Shown here: one piece after another, positions 11,535 through 22,262 of the stretch
Layout: every line of letters begins with the position of its first letter
Position numbering within the stretch: position 1 is the first letter of the stretch
Assembly: GCA_965205865.1 (NCBI GenBank)
Contig: CBDBHR010000030.1
Location: 352,001-416,000 of the forward strand
Direction of reading: 5' to 3'
DNA length: 64,000 nucleotides
Source of the DNA: a bacterium
GTDB lineage: Bacteria; SAR324; NAC60-12
Translations under genes and position numbers: made by a program
The notes under the pieces: generated by a model
Seen by the model: only the letters and a program-made list of their open reading frames with translations
Databases searched by the model: none
Told to the model about the DNA's origin: nothing

Positions 11535-11551
11535 TTGGCCGACTTTTTGTA
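11535..11551 (+). promoter_or_regulatory. Possible sigma54 (-24/-12) promoter for the urt-ure operon
   Basis: TTGGCCGACTTTTTGTA versus consensus YTGGCACGNNNNTTGCW; correct spacing, but -12 is GT rather than GC. Confidence 0.35.
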
Positions 11552-11607
11552 ACAGACCCTACTATGCCAAGCCTGAGAAATACAAAATTGTATGCAAGGA
11601 GTAATTT

Positions 11608-12903
11608 ATGTTAGCAAAACTGTTAAAGAGAATCTGTCTTTATTTATCGGTTTCATGGTTCCTGTTTTTTGCTTTCAGCGCGCAGGCGGCTGAGACTATC
11701 AAAGTGGGAATTTTGCATTCGCTGAGTGGGACAATGGCCATCAGCGAAACCTCCCTCAAAGACGTGGCCCTCATGGCAATTGAGGAGATCAATGCCAGTG
11801 GGGGATTGTTAGGAAAGCAAATAGAACCCATTGTTGTAGATCCGGCTTCCAACTGGCCCTTGTTTGCCGAAAAAGCGCGAGAATTGATTCAAAAACATGA
11901 AGTTGCCGTGACTTTTGGTTGTTGGACTTCTGTCTCCAGAAAATCCGTATTGCCAGTTTTTGAAGAATTAAACGGTCTGCTTTTTTATCCCGTGCAATAT
12001 GAAGGTGAAGAATCTTCATACAATGTTTTTTATACGGGAGCCGCGCCAAACCAACAAGCGATTCCTGCCGTTGAATACCTCATGAGTGAAGATGGTGGAG
12101 AGGCAAAACGTTGGATGCTCATAGGGACTGATTATGTCTATCCTCGCACCACGAACAAAATCCTTCGCGCTTTCTTGAATTCAAAGGGGGTGGCCGAGGA
12201 AGATATTTATGAAACCTACACGCCCTTCGGTCATAGTGACTGGCAAACCATTGTATCGGATATCAGAACCTGGTCTGCTGAAGGTCCCACGGCTGTCGTT
12301 TCTACGATCAATGGGGACGCCAATGTTCCTTTCTACAAAGAGTTGGCAAATCAAGGTGTAATGGCGGAAGATGTGCCTGTGGTCGCGTTTTCGGTAGGAG
12401 AGGAAGAATTACGTGGGATCGATACCTCCGCACTGGTCGGACACTTGGCTGCCTGGAATTATTTCATGTCGATTGAGAATCCTGTCAATGAAGAATTCAT
12501 TGCCAAATGGAGAGCTTATGTGGAAGAAAACAATCTTCCCGGAGGCGACAAACGGGTGACCAATGATCCCATGGAAGCGACCTACATCGGGATTCGTATG
12601 TGGGCGCAAGCGGTGATTCAGGCGGGAACGACTAATGTGGACGCGGTTCGGCAGGCAGTCGGTTTCCAAAGCGTCATGGCTCCTTCCGGATATGAAATCA
12701 CTATGGATGCCAAAAACCACCACCTGCGCAAGCCTGTGTTGATTGGAGAAATCCAGGAAGATGGACAATTCGAGGTTGTCTGGCAAACAAACGGTCCCAT
12801 TCGTGCGCAAGCCTGGAGTCCTCATATTCCGGAAAGCGCCATTAAAATTGCTGATTGGACCTATCCCTGGGTTTGTGGCAACTGTACCGAGTCCCGATTC
12901 TGA
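11608..12903 (+). CDS. urtA: Urea ABC transporter substrate-binding protein
   Basis: Signal peptide, IKVGILHSLSGTMAISE, FGCWTSVSRKSVLPV, YPVQYEG, GTDYVYPR. Confidence 0.96.
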   Translation: MLAKLLKRICLYLSVSWFLFFAFSAQAAETIKVGILHSLSGTMAISETSLKDVALMAIEEINASGGLLGKQIEPIVVDPASNWPLFAEKARELIQKHEVAVTFGCWTSVSRKSVLPVFEELNGLLFYPVQYEGEESSYNVFYTGAAPNQQAIPAVEYLMSEDGGEAKRWMLIGTDYVYPRTTNKILRAFLNSKGVAEEDIYETYTPFGHSDWQTIVSDIRTWSAEGPTAVVSTINGDANVPFYKELANQGVMAEDVPVVAFSVGEEELRGIDTSALVGHLAAWNYFMSIENPVNEEFIAKWRAYVEENNLPGGDKRVTNDPMEATYIGIRMWAQAVIQAGTTNVDAVRQAVGFQSVMAPSGYEITMDAKNHHLRKPVLIGEIQEDGQFEVVWQTNGPIRAQAWSPHIPESAIKIADWTYPWVCGNCTESRF

Positions 12904-13274
12904 AGAATTTTACGCCAACTGATTTTAGTGGAGGGCACCGTCCAGCCCCCGTTTTTAAGGAAGAAACCCACTAACACAAAATGAATTTTATTCAGAAGTC
13001 CGAAGAAACTCGAGAGTATGGGAATTTGTTCTCATTCAGGCATCCCAGGGGACCCTACATTTCTCGTGGCTTGGCAGTTACTTGAATTGTGTCCCTTGGG
13101 GCTTGAACACATTTATCCGGACACGAATGCTCAATAATATAAAGTCGTTCACTCGACGGTTCCTCACCCCAAATCACATCTCAGGTGACTTCGACTTCAA
13201 AAAAGAGCAAAATCGAAGGTATTTCTCCATTGAGTTCATTGACATTGAAGTTCTCATCTCCACTTTCTTCCGTC

Positions 13275-14927
13275 ATGCTTATCATAGCATTCTTGTTTTC
13301 TCGTAGCGTAAAAAAGTCAATCCTGGGACTGATGCCGCTGTTCTTGGTTTTGTTTCTACTCCCAGTCACCGGATTTGCTGACGAACGAGAAGAGGCGCTA
13401 CGGGGTTTGGGATCTGAAAATCGTAAGGTTCTGATTGCATCGATCAAGGTTTTTGGGAAATTGAATGACCCTTCTCTTTTGCCGATTTTAAAGGCATTGA
13501 AGGAAAAGAAGATCCGCATCACTCCTGGTGGAAATGTCGTTATTTTAGAGAATATAACTAGTGGTATGGATGTCATCACCGGGGAAACGATCTCATTAGA
13601 AGGTCTCAAACTCAATACCCCAAAAGTCAATAATGCCGTTCGTCGCGTGCTCAATCCGGTGATTGGGCAATTACAACTGGCCTCACCGAATCCCAAAGAT
13701 CGCCTGAAAGCAGCCCAAGAGTTGACCAAAAGGTCCACTGACGAAGCCATTGAACCCATCCGACATGCGTTGAGCAAAGAAACTGAAGACGTTGTGCGTG
13801 AAGCCTTGACGGTAGCATTGGCAGTTATTGGAATTCAAAGTGAAGAGAAAAAGCTGAGATTAGGCGCAATCCGCACTTTCGGTGATTCAGGAAATATTCG
13901 ATTCAAAAGTATCCTTCAAAAATTACTGACCCGCAATGAAGATGGTTCTTTTCAAGAGCCGGACCCGGAAATCAGAGAAGCCGCTTCTGGGGCGATAAAG
14001 GATATCGAAAGTGCGATTGCGGTGATTGAACTGGTGGGGGACGTGTTTCGTGGTATCAGTTTGGGCAGTGTTTTGTTGCTGGCCGCCTTGGGTTTAGCGA
14101 TCACTTTTGGACTGATGAAGGTCATCAATATGGCTCATGGCGAAATGCTCATGCTGGGGGCTTATTCCACCTATATTGTTCAGAATATCTTCCAAACTCA
14201 TCTCAACCAATTCTTTTCTTTTTATCTGCTCCTCGCTCTACCCGTCGCTTTCTTGATTCCAGCGTTGGTCGGTATGGTAATAGAACGCAGCGTGATTCGT
14301 TTTTTATATGGACGCCCTTTGGAAACTTTACTGGCTACCTGGGGTATCAGTCTATTACTGATTCAAACCGTTCGCCTTATTTTTGGCGCACAGAATGTTG
14401 AAGTCGCCAATCCTAAATGGTTGGCGGGAGGGGTCCAAATTGCGCAAGGACTGGTATTCCCTTTCAGTCGAATAACCATAATCTTCTTCACCCTATTGGT
14501 CGTGATTTTTGTGGGACTCCTCTTACAAAAAACATCGCTCGGCTTACAAGTAAGAGCGGTTACCCAAAATCGGAAAATGGCCTCCTGTATGGGAATCTCT
14601 TCCTCACGTACAGACATGTGGACATTTGGTTTGGGATCGGGAATCGCCGGTTTGGGGGGGCTCGCATTGTCTCAATTGGGGAATGTCGGGCCTGAGTTGG
14701 GACAGCTTTATATCGTGGACTCTTTCATGGTGGTGGTTTTTGGAGGTGTTGGAAAAATATTGGGAACCGTGGCCAGCGCCATGGGACTGGGCGTTATTAA
14801 TAAATTTCTGGAACCCTATGCAGGCGCCGTTTTTGGAAAGATCGTCATTTTGGTTTTTATAATCGTCGTTCTGCAAATGCGTCCTCGAGGATTGTTTGCT
14901 CCCAAAGGACGATTGCTCGAAAATTAA
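13275..14927 (+). CDS. urtB: Urea ABC transporter permease UrtB with N-terminal HEAT-like domain (start uncertain)
   Basis: GISLGSVLLLAALGLAITFGLMKVINMAHGE, LYGRPLETLLATWG, DSFMVVVFGGVG. Confidence 0.93.
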   Translation: MLIIAFLFSRSVKKSILGLMPLFLVLFLLPVTGFADEREEALRGLGSENRKVLIASIKVFGKLNDPSLLPILKALKEKKIRITPGGNVVILENITSGMDVITGETISLEGLKLNTPKVNNAVRRVLNPVIGQLQLASPNPKDRLKAAQELTKRSTDEAIEPIRHALSKETEDVVREALTVALAVIGIQSEEKKLRLGAIRTFGDSGNIRFKSILQKLLTRNEDGSFQEPDPEIREAASGAIKDIESAIAVIELVGDVFRGISLGSVLLLAALGLAITFGLMKVINMAHGEMLMLGAYSTYIVQNIFQTHLNQFFSFYLLLALPVAFLIPALVGMVIERSVIRFLYGRPLETLLATWGISLLLIQTVRLIFGAQNVEVANPKWLAGGVQIAQGLVFPFSRITIIFFTLLVVIFVGLLLQKTSLGLQVRAVTQNRKMASCMGISSSRTDMWTFGLGSGIAGLGGLALSQLGNVGPELGQLYIVDSFMVVVFGGVGKILGTVASAMGLGVINKFLEPYAGAVFGKIVILVFIIVVLQMRPRGLFAPKGRLLEN

Positions 14928-14952
14928 ATGGAATGATAGACCAAGGCTCGAG

Positions 14953-16035
14953 ATGAGAGGGATGATTTTACAGATACATTCGAAAAGAGGTTGGCTGGTG
15001 ACATGTTTACTCGCCTCAATCATGATGATTGTGATTCCCCTCATGAATTTGTTTTTGGCAGTGGATTCTTTTTTTCATATTCCGGATTATGTCATCAACA
15101 TTATGGGGAAGTTCTTATGTTATGGTATGGTCGCCTTGGCAATGGATATGATCTGGGGGTATACGGGGATCTTGAGTTTGGGACATGGAGTCTATTTTGC
15201 ATTGGGAGGCTATGCCATGGGGATGCATTTGATGCGCGCCATGGAAGGCATGGGCGTGTACCGTAGCAAACTGCCGGATTTCATGGTGTTTCTGGATTGG
15301 AAAGAACTTCCCTGGTTTTGGTATGGCTTTGACATGTTCTGGTTTTCATTGGTAATTGTGGTGCTTGCCCCCGGATTACTGGCTTATATTTTCGGATACT
15401 TTGCATTTCGTTCCCGTGTGCGCGGAGTTTATTTTTCCATTATTACTCAAGCCATGACCTATGCCAGCATGTTGTTGTTTTTTCGAAATGATACGGGATT
15501 TGGAGGAAACAACGGTCTCACTGACTTTAAGCATATCCTGGGATTTTCTCTGCGTGAACCAAATACCAGATTAGGCCTTTATGTTTTGTCCGCCTTCTTT
15601 TTACTGACTGGATACCTGCTGTGTCGGTTCGTCGTGCAATCGAAATTGGGCCGGGTGCTCAGAGCCATCCGTGATGAAGAAGATCGCGTGCGATTCTCCG
15701 GATATGATCCCAAACAATACAAACTTTTTGTTTGGACTCTTTCCGCCGTCATGTGTGGTATCGCAGGGGCTTTGTACGTACCTCAAGTGGGAATCATCAA
15801 TCCCAGCGAAATGCAACCATCGAACTCTATTGAAATGGCAATCTGGGTTGCTATTGGGGGGCGAGGGTCGTTGGTAGGGGCACTGCTGGGAGCGGGGTTG
15901 GTCAATAGCGCCAAAAGCATTTTCACTGTTGTTTTCCCCGAGTTGTGGCTGTATGTTTTAGGCATCTTGTTCATCGTAGTGACCCTCTTCCTGCCACGGG
16001 GTATAATCGGACTGTTTCAAAAAACAAAGGATTGA
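14953..16035 (+). CDS. urtC: Urea ABC transporter permease UrtC
   Basis: WGYTGILSLGHG, LPDFM, GVYFSIITQA, GGNNGLTDF, YVPQVGIINP. Confidence 0.94.
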   Translation: MRGMILQIHSKRGWLVTCLLASIMMIVIPLMNLFLAVDSFFHIPDYVINIMGKFLCYGMVALAMDMIWGYTGILSLGHGVYFALGGYAMGMHLMRAMEGMGVYRSKLPDFMVFLDWKELPWFWYGFDMFWFSLVIVVLAPGLLAYIFGYFAFRSRVRGVYFSIITQAMTYASMLLFFRNDTGFGGNNGLTDFKHILGFSLREPNTRLGLYVLSAFFLLTGYLLCRFVVQSKLGRVLRAIRDEEDRVRFSGYDPKQYKLFVWTLSAVMCGIAGALYVPQVGIINPSEMQPSNSIEMAIWVAIGGRGSLVGALLGAGLVNSAKSIFTVVFPELWLYVLGILFIVVTLFLPRGIIGLFQKTKD

Positions 16036-16041
16036 AAACAA

Positions 16042-16818
16042 ATGGACCGGCTCAAAGTCAGTAATCAGGTCGACACCACCCATGGAGTGATTCTCTATAT
16101 GGAAGATGTGTCGGTTAGTTTTGATGGTTTTAAAGCCTTGGATCGACTCGATTTGTATATCAACGAAGGTGAACTGCGCAGTGTCATTGGACCCAATGGA
16201 GCAGGGAAAACAACCATGATGGATGTGATCACCGGAAAAACACGTCCCGAGCAAGGACGAGTTTATTTTGGGCAACGAATTGAATTGACCCAACTCTCGG
16301 AAAACGAAATCGCGCATATCGGCATTGGACGAAAATTCCAGAAACCAACAGTCTTTTTGGAACATACGGCGTTTGAGAATCTGGAGTTGGCAATGCATCA
16401 TGATAAGGGAGTTTGGACCAGTCTGTACGCCAAATTGACCGCAGGGCAATGTGACCGGATCGACAACGTTCTCGAAACGATCGGCTTGCAGGAACAAAAA
16501 ACCGTCAAGGCGGGATTGCTTTCCCATGGTCAAAAACAGTGGCTGGAAATTGGCATGCTTCTGATGCAGGACCCACTATTGTTGTTGGTGGATGAACCGG
16601 TGGCGGGAATGACTCCATCAGAAATGGACCGCACTGCCGAATTGTTGCAGTCGCTGGCAGGACAACGTTCGGTGGTCGTGGTGGAACATGATATGGAGTT
16701 TATCCGTTCGATTGCCCAACAGGTGACCGTATTGCACGAGGGACGAGTACTGGCGGAAGGAACCATGGAGCAGGTTCAAAACAATCAAAAAGTCATCGAA
16801 GTGTATCTGGGAGCCTAG
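16042..16818 (+). CDS. urtD: Urea ABC transporter ATPase UrtD
   Basis: VSFDGFKAL, GPNGAGKTT, GIGRKFQKP, LSHGQKQWLEIGMLL. Confidence 0.95.
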   Translation: MDRLKVSNQVDTTHGVILYMEDVSVSFDGFKALDRLDLYINEGELRSVIGPNGAGKTTMMDVITGKTRPEQGRVYFGQRIELTQLSENEIAHIGIGRKFQKPTVFLEHTAFENLELAMHHDKGVWTSLYAKLTAGQCDRIDNVLETIGLQEQKTVKAGLLSHGQKQWLEIGMLLMQDPLLLLVDEPVAGMTPSEMDRTAELLQSLAGQRSVVVVEHDMEFIRSIAQQVTVLHEGRVLAEGTMEQVQNNQKVIEVYLGA

Positions 16819-16819
16819 T

Positions 16820-17515
16820 GTGTTGGAAATCCACGATCTCAATCAGTTTTACCAGGAAAGTCACACTCTATGGGACGTGAATTTGTGCGTTCCTCAAGGA
16901 GCATGCCTTTGCCTGATGGGACGAAATGGGGTGGGCAAAACAACTCTGCTCAATGCCATCATGGGAATTTTACCGATTCAATCCGGTAGTATCCAAATGG
17001 AGGGACAGGATTTGACGGGGAAACCCATTGATTTGAGAGCGCGTGTCGGTATCGGATATATTCCCCAAGGGAGAGAGATTTTTTCTCAATTGACAGTTGA
17101 AGAAAATCTTAAAATAGGGTTGACGGCCCGCCGTGAAAAAATCAGAGAAATTCCAGAAAAAATATTCTATTTGTTTCCTGTGTTGAAAGAAATGCTCAAT
17201 CGTCGAGGTGGAGATTTATCCGGTGGCCAGCAGCAGCAACTCGCTATTGGCCGGGCCTTGGCGCTCAATCCAAAATTGTTGATCCTGGATGAGCCTACCG
17301 AGGGAATTCAACCCAATATCGTCCGTGAGATAGGTTCGATTCTGATGCGATTGAATCGCGAAGAAAACCTAACGGTCCTGCTCGTTGAGCAAAAGCTGCC
17401 CTTTGCCCGCAGAGTCTCTAGAGATTTCTGTATCATGGAAAAAGGTCGAATTGTTACCAAGGGGCCTATTGAGGGCCTATCCGACGATATTGTACATCAA
17501 CATTTATCCGTATGA
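16820..17515 (+). CDS. urtE: Urea ABC transporter ATPase UrtE
   Basis: GRNGVGKTT, PQGREIF, LSGGQQQQLAIGRAL, DEPTEGIQP. Confidence 0.95.
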   Translation: MLEIHDLNQFYQESHTLWDVNLCVPQGACLCLMGRNGVGKTTLLNAIMGILPIQSGSIQMEGQDLTGKPIDLRARVGIGYIPQGREIFSQLTVEENLKIGLTARREKIREIPEKIFYLFPVLKEMLNRRGGDLSGGQQQQLAIGRALALNPKLLILDEPTEGIQPNIVREIGSILMRLNREENLTVLLVEQKLPFARRVSRDFCIMEKGRIVTKGPIEGLSDDIVHQHLSV

Positions 17516-17570
17516 GGATTGTCCCCCATTTGCAACTTCCCTTTGAATCTTTTTCTCCTAAGAGCCTTAT

Positions 17571-17873
17571 ATGCATCTTACCACCCGAGAGATTGAAAAA
17601 TTGATGATTTTTACTGCCGGTGAGTTGGCACGTCAACGCAAAACCCGTGGCTTGAAGCTCAACTATCCGGAAGCGATCGCTTTGATCACATCAGAAATTT
17701 TAGAAGAGATCCGCAATGGAAAAACCGTGTCGGAGTTGATGAGCTTGGGTACTAAAATCCTTTCTGCGGAAGACGTCATGCAAGGAGTACCCGAGATGGT
17801 CCGGGAAATTCAAGTAGAAGGCACATTCCCGGATGGGACCAAATTGGTGACGGTTCACGACCCCATTCAATAA
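17571..17873 (+). CDS. ureA: Urease gamma subunit
   Basis: [11 protein letters not shown]...[11 protein letters not shown]...[17 protein letters not shown]. Confidence 0.97.
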   Translation: MHLTTREIEKLMIFTAGELARQRKTRGLKLNYPEAIALITSEILEEIRNGKTVSELMSLGTKILSAEDVMQGVPEMVREIQVEGTFPDGTKLVTVHDPIQ

Positions 17874-17900
17874 AATCATTCCACGTCATGAAAGGATCCT

Positions 17901-18272
17901 ATGATTCCTGGAGAAATCATTCTGTGCAAAGACCCCATTGAGGCCAATCAAGGGAGAGAAACCCAACAACTGAAGGTGTCCAATCTGGGAGACCGTCCCA
18001 TCCAAGTGGGTTCTCATTGCCATTTTTTTGAAGTCAACCGTTGGCTTTCTTTTGAACGGGAATTCGCTTATGGGATGCGCTTGAATATCCCTGCTGGCAC
18101 GGCAGTCCGTTTTGAACCGGGAGATGTCAAGGAAGTGGAAGTCGTACCCTTTGCGGGAAGCCGCATGATTTTTGGAATAAACGGGAAAATAAATGGCGCG
18201 TTGGATGATCCCTTGGTGAAAGCAAAGGCCATGATTGCCATTCAAGACTTCGAAATAAAGAGGACTCCATGA
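17901..18272 (+). CDS. ureB: Urease beta subunit
   Basis: MIPGE...[12 protein letters not shown]...[15 protein letters not shown]. Confidence 0.97.
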   Translation: MIPGEIILCKDPIEANQGRETQQLKVSNLGDRPIQVGSHCHFFEVNRWLSFEREFAYGMRLNIPAGTAVRFEPGDVKEVEVVPFAGSRMIFGINGKINGALDDPLVKAKAMIAIQDFEIKRTP

Positions 18273-19975
18273 AAATAGAACGTCGTACCTATGTGGACCA
18301 CTATGGCCCCACAGTCGGGGACAAAGTACGCTTGGGAGATACGGATTTGTTGATCGAAGTGGAAAAAGACCATACAGTCTATGGAGATGAAAGCAAATTT
18401 GGAGGGGGAAAAGTGCTCCGGGATGGCATGGGACAATCGCCACAGTCCACTCGCGGTGATGGCACGCCGGACATGGTGATTACCAACGCCTTGGTGCTCG
18501 ACTACAAAGGGATTTATAAAGCGGATATCGCGGTCCGGGACGGGCTTATTCGCGGAATCGGAAAATCCGGAAACCCGGGTACCATGGCAGGTGTAACTGC
18601 GGGTATGGCAGTGGGGGCTTCCACTGAAATCGTCGCGGGAGAAGGAACCCTTCTGACGGCAGGAGGCATCGATGCCCATGTCCATTATATTTCCCCCAAT
18701 CAAATCCCGGAAGCCTTTTACTCAGGCATCACAACTCTAATTGGCGGAGGTACCGGGCCCGCCACGGGGACCAATGCCACCACTTGCACCCCCGGGGCAT
18801 GGAATATCAAAAGGATGTTTGAAAGCGTGGAAGCTTTTCCTCTGAATTTCGGCTTTCTGGGAAAAGGCAACGCTTCGCTTCCGGTGGCTCTACGTGAACA
18901 AATCGAAGGAGGCGCATTGGGGCTCAAACTCCATGAAGATTGGGGAACAACACCGGCTGCCATAGACCAATGCCTGGCTATTGCGGAAGAATTTGACGTG
19001 CAAGTGGCCATCCATACCGACACGCTCAATGAAACCGGTTTTGTCGAAGACAGTATTGCAGCTTTTAAAGGAAGAACGATCCATACCTACCACACCGAAG
19101 GTGCGGGAGGAGGCCATGCTCCCGATATAATCAAGCTGTGCGGACAAGCCAATGTGTTGCCTTCCTCCACAAATCCAACCATGCCTTTCACACGCAATAC
19201 CATGGATGAGCACCTGGACATGTTGATGGTTTGTCATCATTTATCCGCTTCCATTCCCGAAGACGTCGCTTTTGCGGATTCACGTATTCGAGCGGAAACC
19301 ATTGCTGCGGAAGACATTCTCCATGACTTGGGCGCATTCAGTGTGATAGCCTCTGACTCGCAAGCAATGGGACGTATTGGCGAGGTGATTTGCCGAACCT
19401 GGCAAACTGCGGATAAAATGAAGAAACAACGGGGCGCATTGCCAGAGGATGGCGAGCAGAACGACAACTTTCGCGCCAAACGATATATTGCCAAATACAC
19501 TATCAACCCTGCGATCATCCATGGTATGAGCCATTGCATTGGTTCCATCGAGGTTGGCAAATTGGCGGATTTGGTTCTTTGGAAACCCGCGTTCTTTGGA
19601 GTCAAACCCGAATTGATCATCAAAGGCGGTTTCATCGCTGGCGCTGTAATGGGAGATGGCAATGCCTCGATTCCTACACCTCAACCCTATATTTACAGAG
19701 AGATGTTTGGAGCCTATGGAAGAGCGACCAATCAAACTTCCGTTCATTTTGTTTCCCAAGCGAGTTTACACAGCGGGGCGTTGCAGGGTTTGAATCGCAA
19801 GCCCGTGGCCGTCCAAAAATGCCGGGTACTTTCCAAGAAAGATCTCGAGCTCAATGACTATTTACCAGACATTGAAGTCAATCCGGAGACCTATGAAGTC
19901 AAAGCTGATGGAGAACTGCTGAAATGTGAACCTGTAGAAGTTTTACCACTGGCCCAACGCTATTTTCTGTTTTAG
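18269..19975 (+). CDS. ureC: Urease alpha subunit
   Basis: [54 protein letters not shown]; Ni ligands intact. Confidence 0.98.
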   Translation: MKIERRTYVDHYGPTVGDKVRLGDTDLLIEVEKDHTVYGDESKFGGGKVLRDGMGQSPQSTRGDGTPDMVITNALVLDYKGIYKADIAVRDGLIRGIGKSGNPGTMAGVTAGMAVGASTEIVAGEGTLLTAGGIDAHVHYISPNQIPEAFYSGITTLIGGGTGPATGTNATTCTPGAWNIKRMFESVEAFPLNFGFLGKGNASLPVALREQIEGGALGLKLHEDWGTTPAAIDQCLAIAEEFDVQVAIHTDTLNETGFVEDSIAAFKGRTIHTYHTEGAGGGHAPDIIKLCGQANVLPSSTNPTMPFTRNTMDEHLDMLMVCHHLSASIPEDVAFADSRIRAETIAAEDILHDLGAFSVIASDSQAMGRIGEVICRTWQTADKMKKQRGALPEDGEQNDNFRAKRYIAKYTINPAIIHGMSHCIGSIEVGKLADLVLWKPAFFGVKPELIIKGGFIAGAVMGDGNASIPTPQPYIYREMFGAYGRATNQTSVHFVSQASLHSGALQGLNRKPVAVQKCRVLSKKDLELNDYLPDIEVNPETYEVKADGELLKCEPVEVLPLAQRYFLF

Positions 19976-19988
19976 AAATTTTATCCTG

Positions 19989-20441
19989 ATGCATTTGGTT
20001 GAAACCGTCCATCCCCTAGAATCGCTGACAACTCCGATTTCCGGTTTTCGCCGGCACACTCTGACCTTGTCATGGGAAGAGCGATGCCAGGGGCATGGGA
20101 AACGACAATCGGACCAGGGATTTGAATTTGCCATCTCCCTGCCTTATGGAACCGTGCTCAAACAAGATGACTGCTTGATTTTGGAATTGCGGCAATTGGT
20201 TATTTGCGTGAACGAAGCCAAAGAACCCGTGTATTTGATCCATCCGACTTCTCCTCGAGAATGGGCGTATTATGCCTATCAACTTGGTAATCGCCATCAA
20301 CCTTTGATGATTGCCGATCAGGCATTGATTTGTCTCGCCAATTCAGCCACTCGGAGTTTATTGCATCAACTGAAAATTTCCTGTCAAGAAGCCTCTCAGC
20401 CCTTCAATTCTGCGCGTCTCATGACTGGGCACTCCCATTGA
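19989..20441 (+). CDS. ureE: Urease accessory protein UreE
   Basis: AYQLGNRHQP motif; short C-terminal GHSH. Confidence 0.85.
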   Translation: MHLVETVHPLESLTTPISGFRRHTLTLSWEERCQGHGKRQSDQGFEFAISLPYGTVLKQDDCLILELRQLVICVNEAKEPVYLIHPTSPREWAYYAYQLGNRHQPLMIADQALICLANSATRSLLHQLKISCQEASQPFNSARLMTGHSH

Positions 20442-20450
20442 GACTCTGAA

Positions 20451-21143
20451 ATGGAACCACGACATCTGCTACAAGTACTGCAAATGCATGATAGTTTCTT
20501 TCCCACCGGCGCTTTTGCATTTTCTGATGGACTGGAAAGCGCGGTTGCTGAGCAACAAGTTCGGAATGGCGCCGATTTGGACCATTGGATGGCGCATTAC
20601 CTTCATTCCGGTTTTCTCCCCTGCGAAGGGTTGGCCTTTCATCGAACGTGCCTGGCTTATCTGGCAGGAAATTGGCAGCACATTCAAATACTCGATCGGG
20701 AATTGACCGCGCTCAAACCATCCGCATCCGTCAGAATGAGCAGCCTGACCGTGGGGAAAAGCTTTCTCAATACCTGTCTGCCTCTTTACCCCCACCAGGA
20801 CTTGGAAAAAATCCGGGAAGCCATTCAGCAGCATCAAATGCATGGCAACGCCGCGGTCGTTTATGCTCTGGTTCTGACGGTCAGCCAAGTTCCTGAGAGA
20901 GAAGCGCTGTCGGGATATGGGTATTCCTGTCTGGCTGCTATTGTTTCTGCCGCCTTGCGTTTGATAGCAATAGGACAACAAGAAGGGCAAACCTTGTTAG
21001 CGCATTATTTGAATCAATTACCCGCTTTGGTGGACAGTATCTTGCAGATGAATCCTCAAACCCCTCTCACTTTGTTTCATCCGTTGTTGGATATTCGACA
21101 GATGAGTCACCGGCACCTCCATACCCGATTGTTTCGTTCCTAG
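20451..21143 (+). CDS. ureF: Urease accessory protein UreF
   Basis: [34 protein letters not shown]. Confidence 0.93.
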   Translation: MEPRHLLQVLQMHDSFFPTGAFAFSDGLESAVAEQQVRNGADLDHWMAHYLHSGFLPCEGLAFHRTCLAYLAGNWQHIQILDRELTALKPSASVRMSSLTVGKSFLNTCLPLYPHQDLEKIREAIQQHQMHGNAAVVYALVLTVSQVPEREALSGYGYSCLAAIVSAALRLIAIGQQEGQTLLAHYLNQLPALVDSILQMNPQTPLTLFHPLLDIRQMSHRHLHTRLFRS

Positions 21144-21213
21144 TAACCCCTGCAATATTCCTCCCTCTATTCCAACTCGCCTGGAAGCGGAAAAGAGGAC
21201 ATTGAAGAGAAGA

Positions 21214-21867
21214 ATGATGAGAAAACCAGTCAGAATTGGAATTGGCGGCCCCGTAGGTTCCGGGAAAACGGCATTGCTGCATTGTTTATGTCGATACATG
21301 CGCAATCAATTTCAGTTGGCCGTAATCACCAACGATATTTTTACAAAAGAGGATATGGATTTTTTAATCAAAAATGAAGCTCTGTCGGCAGACCGGATCA
21401 TTGGCGTGGAAACAGGAGGCTGTCCGCATACCGCCATCCGAGAAGATGCCTCTCTGAATTTTGATGCAATGGAACAGTTGCTTGTTCGCTTTCCACAGGT
21501 GGATATCATTTTTTTAGAGAGTGGGGGAGACAACCTGGCTGCCAGCTTCAGTCCGGAACTGGTCGATGCTTCCATTTACGTGATTGACGTTTCCGGAGGA
21601 GATAAAATTCCACGAAAAGGAGGACCGGGTATTACAAGATCGGATCTGTTGGTCATCAACAAAATCGATCTCGCTCCCCATGTGGGGGCCAACCTCGAGG
21701 TGATGAAGCAGGATGCCGAATTGATGCGAGGCAAACTGCCTTTTGTTTTCACTGATCTCAAACACCTCGAAGGCGTGCAGGACGTCGTATCCTGGATTCA
21801 TACCGATGTGCTCTTTGAAAAGGATACGGATATGGGACCCCAATTGTCTCTTTTTGCTGTAGACTGA
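21214..21867 (+). CDS. ureG: Urease accessory GTPase UreG
   Basis: [28 protein letters not shown]. Confidence 0.96.
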   Translation: MMRKPVRIGIGGPVGSGKTALLHCLCRYMRNQFQLAVITNDIFTKEDMDFLIKNEALSADRIIGVETGGCPHTAIREDASLNFDAMEQLLVRFPQVDIIFLESGGDNLAASFSPELVDASIYVIDVSGGDKIPRKGGPGITRSDLLVINKIDLAPHVGANLEVMKQDAELMRGKLPFVFTDLKHLEGVQDVVSWIHTDVLFEKDTDMGPQLSLFAVD

Positions 21868-21936
21868 ACCACGACCACTCCTTCCCACCGTCCTGCAAAA
21901 TGTGGGAATAAACGCAACCAGGGAACGGGTGAGCAG

Positions 21937-21965
21937 TTGATCCGGATTGTATAAAATGCTATATT
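21937..21965 (+). promoter_or_regulatory. Putative sigma70 promoter (extended -10) at the head of the defence island
   Basis: TTGATC-N17-TATATT with TG immediately upstream of the -10 (TGC-TATATT). Confidence 0.6.
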
Positions 21966-21971
21966 TCCGAT

Positions 21972-22248
21972 CATCCGAGAACCGAGGGATACGCTTCGGA
22001 ATTACAATTCCACGCAGTCCGGCAGGCATGGCAACGAGAAGGCATCCCCGGGTTGGTGAGACTGGTTACCGCAATGACGGCGCGTGGTGATTAAACGGAA
22101 CTACGAAGCCCTGCAGGGTATGAAGTCCCGGTAATTACCCGGATTTCGGATGGGTCATGGACTGCTTAAAACGCACCGAAGTGGCGAACAACTGAAGGTA
22201 GCCTTGGTAAGACGAGACCCTCGAATACGAAATGGAATAATTTTTTTT
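21972..22248 (+). ncRNA. Candidate structured non-coding RNA or leader RNA, family unrecognised
   Basis: No long + strand ORF; nested complementary stems (see findings); promoter upstream, T8 at 22241-22248. Confidence 0.5.
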
Positions 22249-22262
22249 GAGATTGTATCAAT

